From a virus, in the IMG/VR virus record IMGVR_UViG_3300042315_000201: a DNA stretch of 64,000 nucleotides. One strand, given 5' to 3'. Below the pieces are notes generated by a model that saw nothing but the letters and a program-made list of their open reading frames with translations, did no database searches and was not told the origin of the DNA. Positions 26,289 to 37,007 of this stretch are shown in pieces. Within the stretch, counting starts at the first letter, position 1. Every line of letters starts with the position of its first letter. The translations under genes and the position numbers were made by a program.

Positions 26289-27884
26289 TTAATATGATGA
26301 TTCTACATATTCAGAGGATACTGCAAACAGTTCAGCTTTAGTGCTGGTTATTGCAGAGTTATCGCATGAAAAAACAGCGGTAGCATAGAAGCCTTTAATT
26401 CCGGAAATAGAGTCACCATAAACAACCTCTCCACCTTGTTTTAATACAGTTGTATTTAATATATTGCCAAAATACTTATTCTCTTTGCTTTTAAAATTAT
26501 TTGAGAAAAGTTGATTTTGTAATTCAAGACTATTTTTTGGAACAGAATAACTTGCTATTGGAACACTTGTGTCTGTTTCTGTATAATACGATTCTAAATT
26601 CCAATTAGGGGTTCCCTCATAGTTTACTGTTAAAAAGGACTTAGATTGAGAAGGATTAGGATTAAAAATTAATGTAACGTTTGACTTATATTTATTTTCA
26701 TAAAACTGGGCCCTTGAAACATTATTTGAATAATGTTTGTACATCTTGCCTTGACTAAATGTATAATAATTATTTCTTAAACTTACACCTTGATTTGGTA
26801 TATAACTAAAGAAACTAGTCCAACCGCTGGTATCTTCGTCAAAAGCTAACGTAACGCCAGTCTGTTGACTTGGTTGTATAGATAGTACATATTGTTTAGA
26901 ATGAGCATCCCATACGCCAAATAGATAGCCATCAGTCAAATTAGTGTTAGATAATTGATCTCTAAAATAATCAAACATCCCTAAACTAGATATTTCAGTT
27001 ATACCATCTTGCGATAGTCTTAACACTACGTTTTGATAATCGTCGGTAAAGTATTTTCTATGGCCATAAACAGCAAAACTTTCAGGGTGTTTGCCTATAC
27101 CGTAGTTGCCATCATAAGATTGTATTTGGCCTATAACTGAGGCCCCTGATGTTGTCATTGACTTCCCATCTGCGGTATAAATAGCATCTTTATCTATCAA
27201 AGCCCTGCTTACTTTTAACTCTTGAAAAATAGTCAAATTGGTATCTTCAGCATGCAACTTTTGAATTGAACCTTGTGCTGGGTCTATTGCTTTAGTTATG
27301 TTGTCGGCTACAGAGAATTGATTAGTATTATTCACGCCTGTTTTAGAGTTGAATATGCCAGAGAAAATCATGGTGCTGATAAGATACTCTCTTTGCGGAA
27401 AATCCTCTACTATATAAGCTTTTACGCCAAAGTCCACAGATGTATTGTTATACCCTCCTCTAATTCTCGCTTCCTCTATATGCCAGTCTTTATCATTATT
27501 ATTAGCATAAGCACTTGGCAACCAAGCATTATTTACTATTTTTCCAAAAGTTAAATCTGTACCAATAGTAATAGCATCTGCTCCTATATTAGGGGACAAG
27601 GTTAATGTTGCGTTAGGACTCATCCCAACTGGAGGCGCTACATACGTTATAGTACGAGTATGAGAAGTGCCGTTTGTAGAATAACTAAGTACTTGACCAA
27701 TTCCAACGGAACCTGCGCTGGTATTTAATATTTGCACAGTATTAGTGTTGGCGGCACCAAACCCAGCAGCGTCAGCTGTATTAGGGCCTGTTTCCAACGG
27801 GTTTAAGTTATCCACAGCGGTTATAGACGCTAGCTTTTTTAACCAAAATGAATTATAATATTTTATTTCTATAGTTGCTGCCAT
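26289..27884 (-). CDS. tail/nozzle structural protein
   Basis: 531 aa, beta-rich (YFTD...VLRLS.DGITEIS...G.WD); adjacent to the 1503-aa tail protein. Confidence 0.6.
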   Translation of the reverse strand: MAATIEIKYYNSFWLKKLASITAVDNLNPLETGPNTADAAGFGAANTNTVQILNTSAGSVGIGQVLSYSTNGTSHTRTITYVAPPVGMSPNATLTLSPNIGADAITIGTDLTFGKIVNNAWLPSAYANNNDKDWHIEEARIRGGYNNTSVDFGVKAYIVEDFPQREYLISTMIFSGIFNSKTGVNNTNQFSVADNITKAIDPAQGSIQKLHAEDTNLTIFQELKVSRALIDKDAIYTADGKSMTTSGASVIGQIQSYDGNYGIGKHPESFAVYGHRKYFTDDYQNVVLRLSQDGITEISSLGMFDYFRDQLSNTNLTDGYLFGVWDAHSKQYVLSIQPSQQTGVTLAFDEDTSGWTSFFSYIPNQGVSLRNNYYTFSQGKMYKHYSNNVSRAQFYENKYKSNVTLIFNPNPSQSKSFLTVNYEGTPNWNLESYYTETDTSVPIASYSVPKNSLELQNQLFSNNFKSKENKYFGNILNTTVLKQGGEVVYGDSISGIKGFYATAVFSCDNSAITSTKAELFAVSSEYVESSY

Positions 27885-27916
27885 GTTAATATATTATTAC
27901 TTGTTTTTTTATGTTA

Positions 27917-30900
27917 TTACACGCATGAACTGAATAGAGCAAAGCCTCCGACTCCGTAAACTAATGAATTTGGCGAAATACATTTTTGGTTACCATTATA
28001 CGTGCTAATACTTTTAATAGATTCGCCGGGAGCAAGTGCCCCACCGATCGTTTGAGCTATTGGATAGTTAGAATTTCCAGCTATTGCAGGCACAAGGGCT
28101 CTCCAATTTATTACGCTTTGTCCATTATTGATCAAACTCCAACTTTGAAGACCAGGAGCTCGGTACACATTTGCACAATTTCGTTTTTCAACATAGGAGT
28201 CCGCTATAAAAGTATCATACACACTCTCGCCTCGAAACTGTATAACCCTCGATGTATTTGCTCCGATTTTTGTTACCAAATCTCCTCCAAAATATAGGAC
28301 TAGAGCGGCGTATGAATACTCTACAAACGATGGGTACCCCGGGGTCGGTAGTTCCCTAAAAATATTAAAAGAGGCAATAAAGTTTTGGTCATAAGTAAAG
28401 CTCCCTCCATTAGCAGGAGGAAGATTGTATACCGATAGATCTTGGCCGAAATATCTTTCTTCCCAATACCTAGGCCCAACTGTAAAGTAATCTGGGCCGC
28501 GGGGAGTATTATTAAACGTAGTAGGTGCAACTAATGTTAAACTAGTATTGCTATTAACTGTTTGAACAGTGCCTAGGCTTAACCATTCAAAATAATCAAT
28601 ACCTCCCCCCTCATAGATAACTGTAATAACATCTCCTGGGTTTAACTCTGACAAAAAGCTAGTTTGCACCCCTGTGACTAAGGTACTGTTACTTGAAAAC
28701 GAAATTCTTCCACTATATTTGTTATATATATATTTATATAATTTATTAGTATTAACATCTTGCCTCACTCTATTTACATCCGAATCTGGCGGGGCAACAG
28801 GAATACTGCTAACTTCAATTGGAGATTGCGCAACGCCATAAGACGTAATTCTAGCGGTGGACTCAATAGCGGAAATTGTTTCCCCTGGCAAAAGCATTTT
28901 CCATAAATCAAGTTTAGCGGGCGCTGTAGCTCCAGAGCCTAGACCACCTACGTTAAGATAGTATCTTTGTGCATAAACTTCGCCTCCATCCAAAACCGGA
29001 TCGTACTCTGAGTAACTTTCCCACGTCCCACACGTATTTGCGCCGGTAGGGGATTTAAAAGTAATAGAAGTATCGGCATATAGTGATCCAGTACCAGGAG
29101 TATTTAACGTATAGTCATAAGCGTCTGTTAAACGTATATTTAATGTAAATTCTGTTGCCGTAACTAAATCAGCAGTTTTAAGACTTATGACCCCTGAGGA
29201 AGGATTGATTTCATAGAAATTTTCCCAAGAAGTAGTTGAAGTAGGTAATATAGACCATTGCAATTCTTGCTTGTTAAAAGTTAAATCTGGCGTTTGTAGC
29301 GCACCGTTTGTCCCTGTACAAGAATATATTGGGCCACCTATAGGATTTGTAATTGGTACAATGGTACCAGGAGTAGGCGCACTTATAACTGGCACAGAAT
29401 TTTTTAAAGAACCAGTTTTAACTATTGTGGTATTGCCATTTTGGGGGTCTATTACAGTGAAAGTAAAAGTGTAACTTTCTTTTGTTCCAGCATTTTTTAA
29501 GAAAGTAAATTGTCTTCTTATTTTTATAACCCATTGACCTGTCCCAATACCAACGGTTTCTTTAAATAATTCAAAATCTTCATCTCTTGTTCCCCCGTCT
29601 CCATCAGTAACAGCCATTAATATATTAGTAACAGTGCCCACCACTACCCCGATATTATTTATTGGTTCAAAGTAACTACATATATATGGCGATTGCTGAG
29701 TTCCAAAAGTTCTACTGCCTCCGGCGGCATTTTGAAATTCATTAAAATTAAAAGTAAGACTAGAAAAATCTACGGTAATGTTACTACCTTGTAGCACGGC
29801 CTCGTTTAAGTCTGATAGCAAGCCAGCAGTGGTGCTTTCCCAAAATAAATCAAGCGCAGAAACAACAGGAGCTGTTTCATATACGCTTAGATAAGGGTTC
29901 ATAGTCTTGGAAGCTAACGGGGGTGCCGCCGATGCGGCAGTAGTTGCTATCACCCCAATCCTCTCCACGGTAGAAATCCTAGCTATAGCGGGAGCTGTAT
30001 TTAATTGGTAAAAGTTATTAGATGCAGTGCTATTTGCATTATCAGTATCCGTTATTAAAAAGTTCAAGTCGTTAGATGTTGCTATAGTAGAAGCCACATC
30101 CGCTTTTCTTGAAGGATAATACTGTTTGTTATTTGTGGAGTAAGGGAGTGCTGTGTCTAATGTATTTTCTACTCTGCCGAATAATTCAACACTACTTCTG
30201 TATTGCTTTTGGTCCGGGCCAACTTCAACTAAATCTCTAGGTACCTTATTTATATTATCATTTAGCAATACTACATGAGCGGTTTTATTTACTTCTGTAG
30301 TTGGGAATATAGTCAGTCCTCCTAACGTTTTTTGGTACATTGGGTATCCATTTAATACGCCAGGCAAATAAACATTGTAATATTCTTGTTGTTGCTGCCT
30401 AACTACTATTTTATATGAATACCAACCTAACGGATTTATATCATAAGAAAACTTAATATCCGGATCTACTCCGGTATAATTATACGCGTCATTAATTGGG
30501 CCATCCGTAGTGACTACGTAGTTATTGGTATACGCTGAAGTTACATTAGTTACTTTAACATAATCTGTATATTTACCTCTTAAATAATTGCCAATTTTAG
30601 GTATATTTTTTTGATGGGCTGGATCTGGGCTTAAAGTGAAACTATATGTATTAGGAATAGAAGGAATAACGAGGGATATAATTTGAAATCCATCTGTACT
30701 TCCAGATATTGATCCAGATACTGTTGCATATAGTCCAGGTTCTCCGGTACCTTCGCTTTTAGTTGATACTATTTGAGAATTAATAAGCATTGCTAGCGTA
30801 TTTCCTCTCCAGCTTTTAACCCAGGCATTATTACCTAAAGCGCTTTCAACTGCGTATGGTGAATAAATTGTTGATCCACCAAATTTAATGCCGTTACTTT

Positions 30901-32428
30901 CTGTTATTAAATCGTTAGAAGATAATATAACAGACGATTGTCTGCCAAACTTATCGGAAAGTATTATACCAGCTTGGTAGTTCCTATTTTGCTTTAACGT
31001 ATGGTTTGGATATTCCGCCCAACTAGTAAAAGCGTTTGTTTTTTCTATTACTGCTAAGTTATAGTTTATACTAATAGGAGGCGTGTTCTGATTTACAAAA
31101 TTTCCATATATTACCCTATTCCCAACTATTTCTTGAGTGCGAGCTCTAACTGGAGTCTTATCGTATACTCTAACAGTTTGCGATTCTGGAAGTGTTTTAT
31201 ATGGTTTTTGAGATTTATAGTCATAATGATATAGATTAGTATTGTCAGCGATTTGTCTTATTTGATTTACACCTATAGTTTCTAATACTTTTACAGCAAC
31301 CGCATCTGATTCTTTATAAAGTATATCTATACTTGCTATTTTATAAGAACTAGCTATATTAATACCAGTATCTGGCAGTTCTATATTTAGTACTACGTTA
31401 TTTACATAATTTTCCATCCAGGAAACAACGGTACTTCTATAAGCTGAATTTTCATCTCCACTCAAAAAATAACCATTTTGATTAGGTATATATAGTATCT
31501 GCGTAAAAGGAGCCATTAAAGAATATTCTCCGTCTTCGTATTTATACCTATAACTAAATCTAACATACTTATCTTTTAAATAGTTGGGGTCACCTGGCCA
31601 ATTGGGATTATCGGACTCGCTGGACATTGTGGAACCATAAAAATAAATCTGACTTGAAGTTGGTATATTAGTACTAAATGATACAGTAACCACATTTCCT
31701 GATATATTTGTTATAACAGCGTAACTGTCGAGACTCGCATAAGTTCCAACTAATTGCATTCCTATACTTAAATTAGCAATGTCTGTTGATGAAACTGAGA
31801 AAGAGGTAGATATAGGTGTTGGATTTGAACTAACGGAGGTTGTGTAAACTTTTACTTTTCTATATAAGCTTATTGGCGATACAGGAGCGTACTTAGCTAC
31901 TGATATTTGAACTTCTGTTGTATAATATGAAGGGTTGTCTTTGGCTTTAAGAATATTTATTTTTCTAGGTTGGTTTCTATTGTCTGTCCAAAAAAGTAAA
32001 TTTTCTAATATATTTGCTCCGTTTATTCTAAACTGACTATTGCTAGCAAAGTTTAAAAATAGTCCTGATACTAAAGTTATTAGTAAATTAGAGGGGGAGT
32101 TGGCGTTATACATGGTTATCCGCATGTCCCCGGATGTTGCTTGGGTGGGTTCTTCTGCTTTAGGGTCCTTATATGTTGTCCAAAATTGAAATATTCTATT
32201 ATTCTGATTGTCAGCAACCTGGCCAATACAAACTAATTCATTATTATTTGGGTTATTTGCAGCTATAAACTCATTGCCGAGGACTGCTTCTAAGGCGCCG
32301 ACATCTTTGTCTTCTGACTTACCAACTGATATATTTAAAGCGTCTCTATATTCTCCATTAGGAACAAGCCTATTGTCTAGATCCTTATTCATTTTAGATT
32401 GTAGAAAACTATTTTTTACTTCTGCCAT
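27917..32428 (-). CDS. large tail (muzzle/stabilisation-like) protein with C-terminal Ig/cadherin-like domains
   Basis: N-terminal MNKDLD.RLVPNGEYRDALNI and LFWTDNRNQPRKINI as in crAss-like tail proteins; YEINPSSGVISL..FTLNIRLTD is cadherin-like. Confidence 0.7.
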   Translation of the reverse strand: MAEVKNSFLQSKMNKDLDNRLVPNGEYRDALNISVGKSEDKDVGALEAVLGNEFIAANNPNNNELVCIGQVADNQNNRIFQFWTTYKDPKAEEPTQATSGDMRITMYNANSPSNLLITLVSGLFLNFASNSQFRINGANILENLLFWTDNRNQPRKINILKAKDNPSYYTTEVQISVAKYAPVSPISLYRKVKVYTTSVSSNPTPISTSFSVSSTDIANLSIGMQLVGTYASLDSYAVITNISGNVVTVSFSTNIPTSSQIYFYGSTMSSESDNPNWPGDPNYLKDKYVRFSYRYKYEDGEYSLMAPFTQILYIPNQNGYFLSGDENSAYRSTVVSWMENYVNNVVLNIELPDTGINIASSYKIASIDILYKESDAVAVKVLETIGVNQIRQIADNTNLYHYDYKSQKPYKTLPESQTVRVYDKTPVRARTQEIVGNRVIYGNFVNQNTPPISINYNLAVIEKTNAFTSWAEYPNHTLKQNRNYQAGIILSDKFGRQSSVILSSNDLITESNGIKFGGSTIYSPYAVESALGNNAWVKSWRGNTLAMLINSQIVSTKSEGTGEPGLYATVSGSISGSTDGFQIISLVIPSIPNTYSFTLSPDPAHQKNIPKIGNYLRGKYTDYVKVTNVTSAYTNNYVVTTDGPINDAYNYTGVDPDIKFSYDINPLGWYSYKIVVRQQQQEYYNVYLPGVLNGYPMYQKTLGGLTIFPTTEVNKTAHVVLLNDNINKVPRDLVEVGPDQKQYRSSVELFGRVENTLDTALPYSTNNKQYYPSRKADVASTIATSNDLNFLITDTDNANSTASNNFYQLNTAPAIARISTVERIGVIATTAASAAPPLASKTMNPYLSVYETAPVVSALDLFWESTTAGLLSDLNEAVLQGSNITVDFSSLTFNFNEFQNAAGGSRTFGTQQSPYICSYFEPINNIGVVVGTVTNILMAVTDGDGGTRDEDFELFKETVGIGTGQWVIKIRRQFTFLKNAGTKESYTFTFTVIDPQNGNTTIVKTGSLKNSVPVISAPTPGTIVPITNPIGGPIYSCTGTNGALQTPDLTFNKQELQWSILPTSTTSWENFYEINPSSGVISLKTADLVTATEFTLNIRLTDAYDYTLNTPGTGSLYADTSITFKSPTGANTCGTWESYSEYDPVLDGGEVYAQRYYLNVGGLGSGATAPAKLDLWKMLLPGETISAIESTARITSYGVAQSPIEVSSIPVAPPDSDVNRVRQDVNTNKLYKYIYNKYSGRISFSSNSTLVTGVQTSFLSELNPGDVITVIYEGGGIDYFEWLSLGTVQTVNSNTSLTLVAPTTFNNTPRGPDYFTVGPRYWEERYFGQDLSVYNLPPANGGSFTYDQNFIASFNIFRELPTPGYPSFVEYSYAALVLYFGGDLVTKIGANTSRVIQFRGESVYDTFIADSYVEKRNCANVYRAPGLQSWSLINNGQSVINWRALVPAIAGNSNYPIAQTIGGALAPGESIKSISTYNGNQKCISPNSLVYGVGGFALFSSCV

Positions 32429-32432
32429 TTAT

Positions 32433-33644
32433 TTAATGTTTGATCTGTTTATATTGGCCTCTGAATACTTTTGTAAACTCCTCTAACTTAATATTGGATA
32501 GTCTTAATTTGGCATTCCTTATTTTAGCAAATTTTTCTTGTTTCAATCTTTGCACAATGTATTCAGGTTGATTCATGCGCCCTGATAGAACCGCGTGAGA
32601 AATATACGCGTACATCGCTTCTTCGGCTAACTTTGGTATTTTAGTATCTAAGTCATCACCCAAACCGTCAGATATGTATTCTAATAATATTAAAGACCCA
32701 ACTAGCTCACTGCTAAATGATATTTTACCTTCTCTTTCGTTTATTATAAAAGTTCCATTGAAATTAGCGTTAGCGGTGTCCATACCGTATCTTTGCCCTA
32801 ACAAATTATATGTATTAGAATCGCTGTTACTAAAGGCTAAATCATTTATACGGTTTATATTTTTGTTTTCAGAAGGATTCGATTCTTTCCATCTTTCCTC
32901 GATTATAGATGTGCCTGTTATATTATAATCAAATGTATCTTGTATGGGTATTCCTTCCGTATCTTGCACAGGGATTGTGTATGGAGAACCATTTAGCATT
33001 CCGGGGTATATAATATGTTTTATACCATTTGAATCAATACGTGAGATCTTAACATAGTTCACGTAGTCTTGCGGTATAATAATATTCAAACTAGGAGGTA
33101 TAGTTAGTTCTTGTGACTTAATACTTTTTAAAGTATCATAACTAAATTCCTGCAAACCTCTTTTAGCATGAAACATTATATCCGTTCTTTTCGCAGCAGT
33201 TATTAACTTGCCATCTCCAACATAAGCAACTATAAAGTTATTTATAAGTTCATCTAGTTTAATATATGCATAACCGCCATAGTTTTCTTCAACTACAGTT
33301 CCATAAGCATCATTATCACCATACTTACCACCTTCTAATCTTTTTAATTGTACTAAGTAAATATTGTTTACGGTCGCTCCGCCGCTTAATGTAATAACGT
33401 CGTTAACAACACTTGATATATTTGGGGTTGTTGTTGATAATACTTCTGTAAAATCTAACCCATTATTAGTGCTTTTGTAAAGTTTAAAATTATTTAACTC
33501 GTAATTATCATCATCAATATTTGATGTTTTCCAAATCAAAGGTGTATTAAATCCACTAAAAGTAAATTTTGTTTGTGCCGCAGTAGCAATAATACTTTTT
33601 GCTCCCTCGTAATATTGTCTATTAGTTTCTGTAATTAAACTCAT
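32433..33644 (-). CDS. tail ring/adaptor protein, paralog B1
   Basis: Shares INNF..Y.G.GKLI..AKRT..FHA.R.LQEF.Y.TLKS and IPKLAEEA.Y with 34667-35290. Confidence 0.7.
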   Translation of the reverse strand: MSLITETNRQYYEGAKSIIATAAQTKFTFSGFNTPLIWKTSNIDDDNYELNNFKLYKSTNNGLDFTEVLSTTTPNISSVVNDVITLSGGATVNNIYLVQLKRLEGGKYGDNDAYGTVVEENYGGYAYIKLDELINNFIVAYVGDGKLITAAKRTDIMFHAKRGLQEFSYDTLKSIKSQELTIPPSLNIIIPQDYVNYVKISRIDSNGIKHIIYPGMLNGSPYTIPVQDTEGIPIQDTFDYNITGTSIIEERWKESNPSENKNINRINDLAFSNSDSNTYNLLGQRYGMDTANANFNGTFIINEREGKISFSSELVGSLILLEYISDGLGDDLDTKIPKLAEEAMYAYISHAVLSGRMNQPEYIVQRLKQEKFAKIRNAKLRLSNIKLEEFTKVFRGQYKQIKH

Positions 33645-33650
33645 CTTTTA

Positions 33651-34652
33651 CTATGCTTTTGAATTAACTTGCTCAGCCTGCGTTTGCGCTGCGGCTATTT
33701 GAACTATTTCCATATTTTTTATTATAACACCGGAATACATTAATATTCTAATTATTATATTAGTCTGTTCTGAATCATGTAGTTCAAATTGCGTACTGCT
33801 ATTAGGTAAGTAATCGTATCTATAATTATTACCAGCGGTTGCTTCAAATGCCCAGACTGGGTTTGCTATTTGTCTTATAAAGTTCGCTGTTATATTAGTT
33901 ATAGTATTAGGGAAAATAGTCAATTGATTATCCTCATATAAATATACCGGAAAATTTTCTGAAGGTTTTGTTAAGTCAGATTTATTAATGTATGGAAGTT
34001 CATCTTTTTGTAATCTTTCAACTTCATTTGTATTATTTAACGCAAAAACACTCCCAAGTTCTCTTAACATTACCGGCAAAACAAATTTATTAATAGAACC
34101 ACTAGGAGGCAAATATGAGAATGTTAGTCCAGATGTTGTTCCCCCATTAATTGTTGTTGTTATTGGAGGCCCCCCTAAAGTTGTGGAAAGCGTAAATGTG
34201 TTGTACTTGTTAGTGCTTGTTATGTAATATGTAGCAGGACCAGGAGGCGTATAACCAGAAATAACTCCATCACCCGACCCTAATAAAGGCGTTCCGGAAA
34301 TAGTTATCTTGTTACCAACAACAAAAGGCGAGCTAGCGCTTTCAAACTCCCCGTTAGTTCCAACTATTTTAACATTTGATATAACAAATGGAGATACTGC
34401 TTTATTTAATTCTAAAGAAGTTTTAAATATAGATATTTTCTCATCTAATAAGGCAAGCCTATCAGAATAGTTCATTGTTGTCTGTTTTGGTAATTTTAAC
34501 AGTTGGTTCAAGTCGTCAAAATATTTATTAAATATTTCTATCTGTACTTGTGCCGCAACTTTATTAAATTCATCAGGTGTCATATAACCCCTTTGCTCCT
34601 TATTTAATATGAGCAAAACAGTTCTATAGACTGTATTTACGTCTACCGCCAT
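33651..34652 (-). CDS. tail ring/adaptor protein, paralog A1
   Basis: VY.TVL..LNKEQRGYMTP.EFNK...LLDEKIS.FKT shared with 35296-36039. Confidence 0.7.
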   Translation of the reverse strand: MAVDVNTVYRTVLLILNKEQRGYMTPDEFNKVAAQVQIEIFNKYFDDLNQLLKLPKQTTMNYSDRLALLDEKISIFKTSLELNKAVSPFVISNVKIVGTNGEFESASSPFVVGNKITISGTPLLGSGDGVISGYTPPGPATYYITSTNKYNTFTLSTTLGGPPITTTINGGTTSGLTFSYLPPSGSINKFVLPVMLRELGSVFALNNTNEVERLQKDELPYINKSDLTKPSENFPVYLYEDNQLTIFPNTITNITANFIRQIANPVWAFEATAGNNYRYDYLPNSSTQFELHDSEQTNIIIRILMYSGVIIKNMEIVQIAAAQTQAEQVNSKA

Positions 34653-34666
34653 TTTTTATTTTTGTA

Positions 34667-35290
34667 TTAAGAAAAATTTGTAAAGATTAGTCTAGATTTT
34701 GATTTTTCTAATCTGTCTATTTTTTCTATTAATAATCTTTGTAAAAGATTTCCATCTGTGCCCTCTCTATTGGCTAAAATTGCATATACCATACAAGAAT
34801 ATAAAGCTTCTTCCGCAAGTTTTGGAATAGATGCCGTTTCATCTGTAGTTAAAGCGTTAGATAAATAACTATAAGATATACCGTAAGTGTTTAAAGTGCT
34901 AATGAAATTAACAGTTTTATTTGCATAGTCTATATAGTAAGTTGTATTGTTAATGGGCGGATTTATAGTTCCCTGGGTCATTGCTTGAGTATATGTAGTA
35001 CCACCACCGCCGGATGATCGTCTTATATTTATCGTAGAGACAGAATCACTTGGAATGTTAAATCTGCAAGCGCTAACTCCTCCAACAACATTTGCGGTAG
35101 GTAATACATCTGTAGTATTCATTTGACTCTTTAGTGTTTCGTAAGCAAATTCTTGCAGACAACGTCTAGCATGGAATACAACTTCGGTCCTTTTAGCATC
35201 TGGAATTAATTTACCAGGTCCTGTGTAAGATATTAGGAAGTTATTTATAATATCATTTAAAGATATAAAAGCGTCGGATAAAGTTGCCAT
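34667..35290 (-). CDS. tail ring/adaptor protein, paralog B2
   Basis: Paralog of 32433-33644 (shared motifs). Confidence 0.7.
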   Translation of the reverse strand: MATLSDAFISLNDIINNFLISYTGPGKLIPDAKRTEVVFHARRCLQEFAYETLKSQMNTTDVLPTANVVGGVSACRFNIPSDSVSTINIRRSSGGGGTTYTQAMTQGTINPPINNTTYYIDYANKTVNFISTLNTYGISYSYLSNALTTDETASIPKLAEEALYSCMVYAILANREGTDGNLLQRLLIEKIDRLEKSKSRLIFTNFS

Positions 35291-35295
35291 TTATT

Positions 35296-36039
35296 TTATT
35301 GTTTTGAGTTAACGTTTATTGTTTGTTCTTTTTGGGAGCCTAAAGTCATAACGGCTTGATCCTTTGTCATTACTCCAGCGTATCCTAATATTTTAGATAT
35401 TAATAACGGAGTATCCGATTGATGTAGGTCAAAATCTATGGAGTCTAATGAATTGTAAATATAATTCCCTAAATTTTGATTTATAGTAAAACCCCATCTT
35501 ACATCCGCAGGAAACTTTAAATAATTTAAAACAACTTTACCAGAATTAGCAGAAGTTTCTTTTGGGTAAATTGTTATTAATTTATTTTCATAAGTATATA
35601 CGGGGTAATAAGTACTAGGAGCCGTTAAAGGAGATTGATTTGTTGTATATATTTCATATTGTTGTATCCTTTGAGCTTCTCTCGAAGGAGTAGTTACCCC
35701 CGTTCCAAAAATAACACTACCAAGTTCCTGCACATCAGAAGGCACGGCTACCGTTGATAATGCAGCTGCAGGTGTAATTGTATTATCGCCAAGTGTTAAA
35801 GTTTTTGCTGTTTTAAATAATGATATTTTTTCATCTAACAAAGCCATTCTATCGGCATAGGCTAGACTAGTTTGTGGTGTTCTTAATAGTTGATTTAACT
35901 CATCAAAATATTCAGTAAATATTTCTTGCTGACAAGTTGTAGCAATCTTATTAAATTCTGTAGGCGTTAAAATACCTCTTTTTTGTTGTTCTAATACAAC
36001 TAAAACCGATTTATAAACCGAGTCTATGTTTATAGCCAT
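35296..36039 (-). CDS. tail ring/adaptor protein, paralog A2
   Basis: Paralog of 33651-34652 (shared motifs). Confidence 0.7.
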   Translation of the reverse strand: MAINIDSVYKSVLVVLEQQKRGILTPTEFNKIATTCQQEIFTEYFDELNQLLRTPQTSLAYADRMALLDEKISLFKTAKTLTLGDNTITPAAALSTVAVPSDVQELGSVIFGTGVTTPSREAQRIQQYEIYTTNQSPLTAPSTYYPVYTYENKLITIYPKETSANSGKVVLNYLKFPADVRWGFTINQNLGNYIYNSLDSIDFDLHQSDTPLLISKILGYAGVMTKDQAVMTLGSQKEQTINVNSKQ

Positions 36040-36100
36040 TATGTTGTTTGTTAAGTTATTGTTTATTTATTTTGTTTATTATTATACTTATAATAAATAA

Positions 36101-36132
36101 GCGGATACTGCAGTTTTATTTACAATATCCGC
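36101..36132 (-). terminator. putative terminator hairpin
   Basis: GCGGATA...TATCCGC stem with an A-rich plus-strand flank (U-rich on the minus strand). Confidence 0.6.
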
Positions 36133-36152
36133 CTATATATTAGTATTACGTA

Positions 36153-36920
36153 TTATTTAAGTTTTTTCTCTATAGACTTGAAGACCTCTGTGCCTTCATC
36201 TGTCTTAAAGAATGCTGCCATTGCTGAATACGGATTTTCATCAAATGGGACCGTCATTAATTTTTTATCATTAGTTCCCCAGGTGAATGTGCGTTGGTCT
36301 TGAGATAACTTAATTATATTAGCTTCAGATGCTTTGATAGCTAAATTCCTAAGTTGTACATTGTCATCATTAGCTAATTCTAAGAACAAACTAGGGTTGC
36401 TTTTAGCGAATAATAGCAAGTCTCTTTTTAATTCTTTAGAAGTCATCGCATTAACTCTGGAGCCTAATTCTACTCTTAGTATTGCTTCTGCTTGATCAAT
36501 TTCAATATTCATTGCCATATTGAGGGCATTGATTTCTAATTCTAAATCTTCTAATTCATCGATTGCTTCTGCAACATTATCAACTTCGTAGTATGAGTTA
36601 ACCCTAGCCGGATGATATAGTGATAATAGTTTTTGTAAGTTTTGTTTTTCTTTTGGCACAAACAAAGCCCCATTTTCAAAAACGATGTGCCCCAGTGTAG
36701 ACTCTCCTTTTTGGTCTTCTTTGAATGGCGAGTTTTGATTTGTTGCGTATCTTAATTCTTTTTGTTCGCCTGTTGTTGCGTCAAACCATAAGAATGGATA
36801 CCTAGCCGAATGTTTTGATTGAATTGTATGCGTTAACGGATTATACCCAGTGCTTAATATATACGTTCTATCTTTTATTTCCCAAGTTTCTTTTACTTGT
36901 GTTTTTTGTGTTGTTGACAT
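36153..36920 (-). CDS. conserved capsid-associated protein
   Basis: 255 aa immediately downstream of the major capsid gene. Confidence 0.6.
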   Translation of the reverse strand: MSTTQKTQVKETWEIKDRTYILSTGYNPLTHTIQSKHSARYPFLWFDATTGEQKELRYATNQNSPFKEDQKGESTLGHIVFENGALFVPKEKQNLQKLLSLYHPARVNSYYEVDNVAEAIDELEDLELEINALNMAMNIEIDQAEAILRVELGSRVNAMTSKELKRDLLLFAKSNPSLFLELANDDNVQLRNLAIKASEANIIKLSQDQRTFTWGTNDKKLMTVPFDENPYSAMAAFFKTDEGTEVFKSIEKKLK

Positions 36921-36963
36921 AATATGATATAATTTTTATTTTATTATTTTATTTTAGTAAATA

Positions 36964-36990
36964 TTACCCCTGCTATTACAACAGGGGTAA
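36964..36990 (-). terminator. terminator downstream of major capsid gene
   Basis: TTACCCCTG-N9-CAGGGGTAA perfect 9-bp stem. Confidence 0.7.
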
Positions 36991-37007
36991 ATTTACATTA
37001 TTAATTA

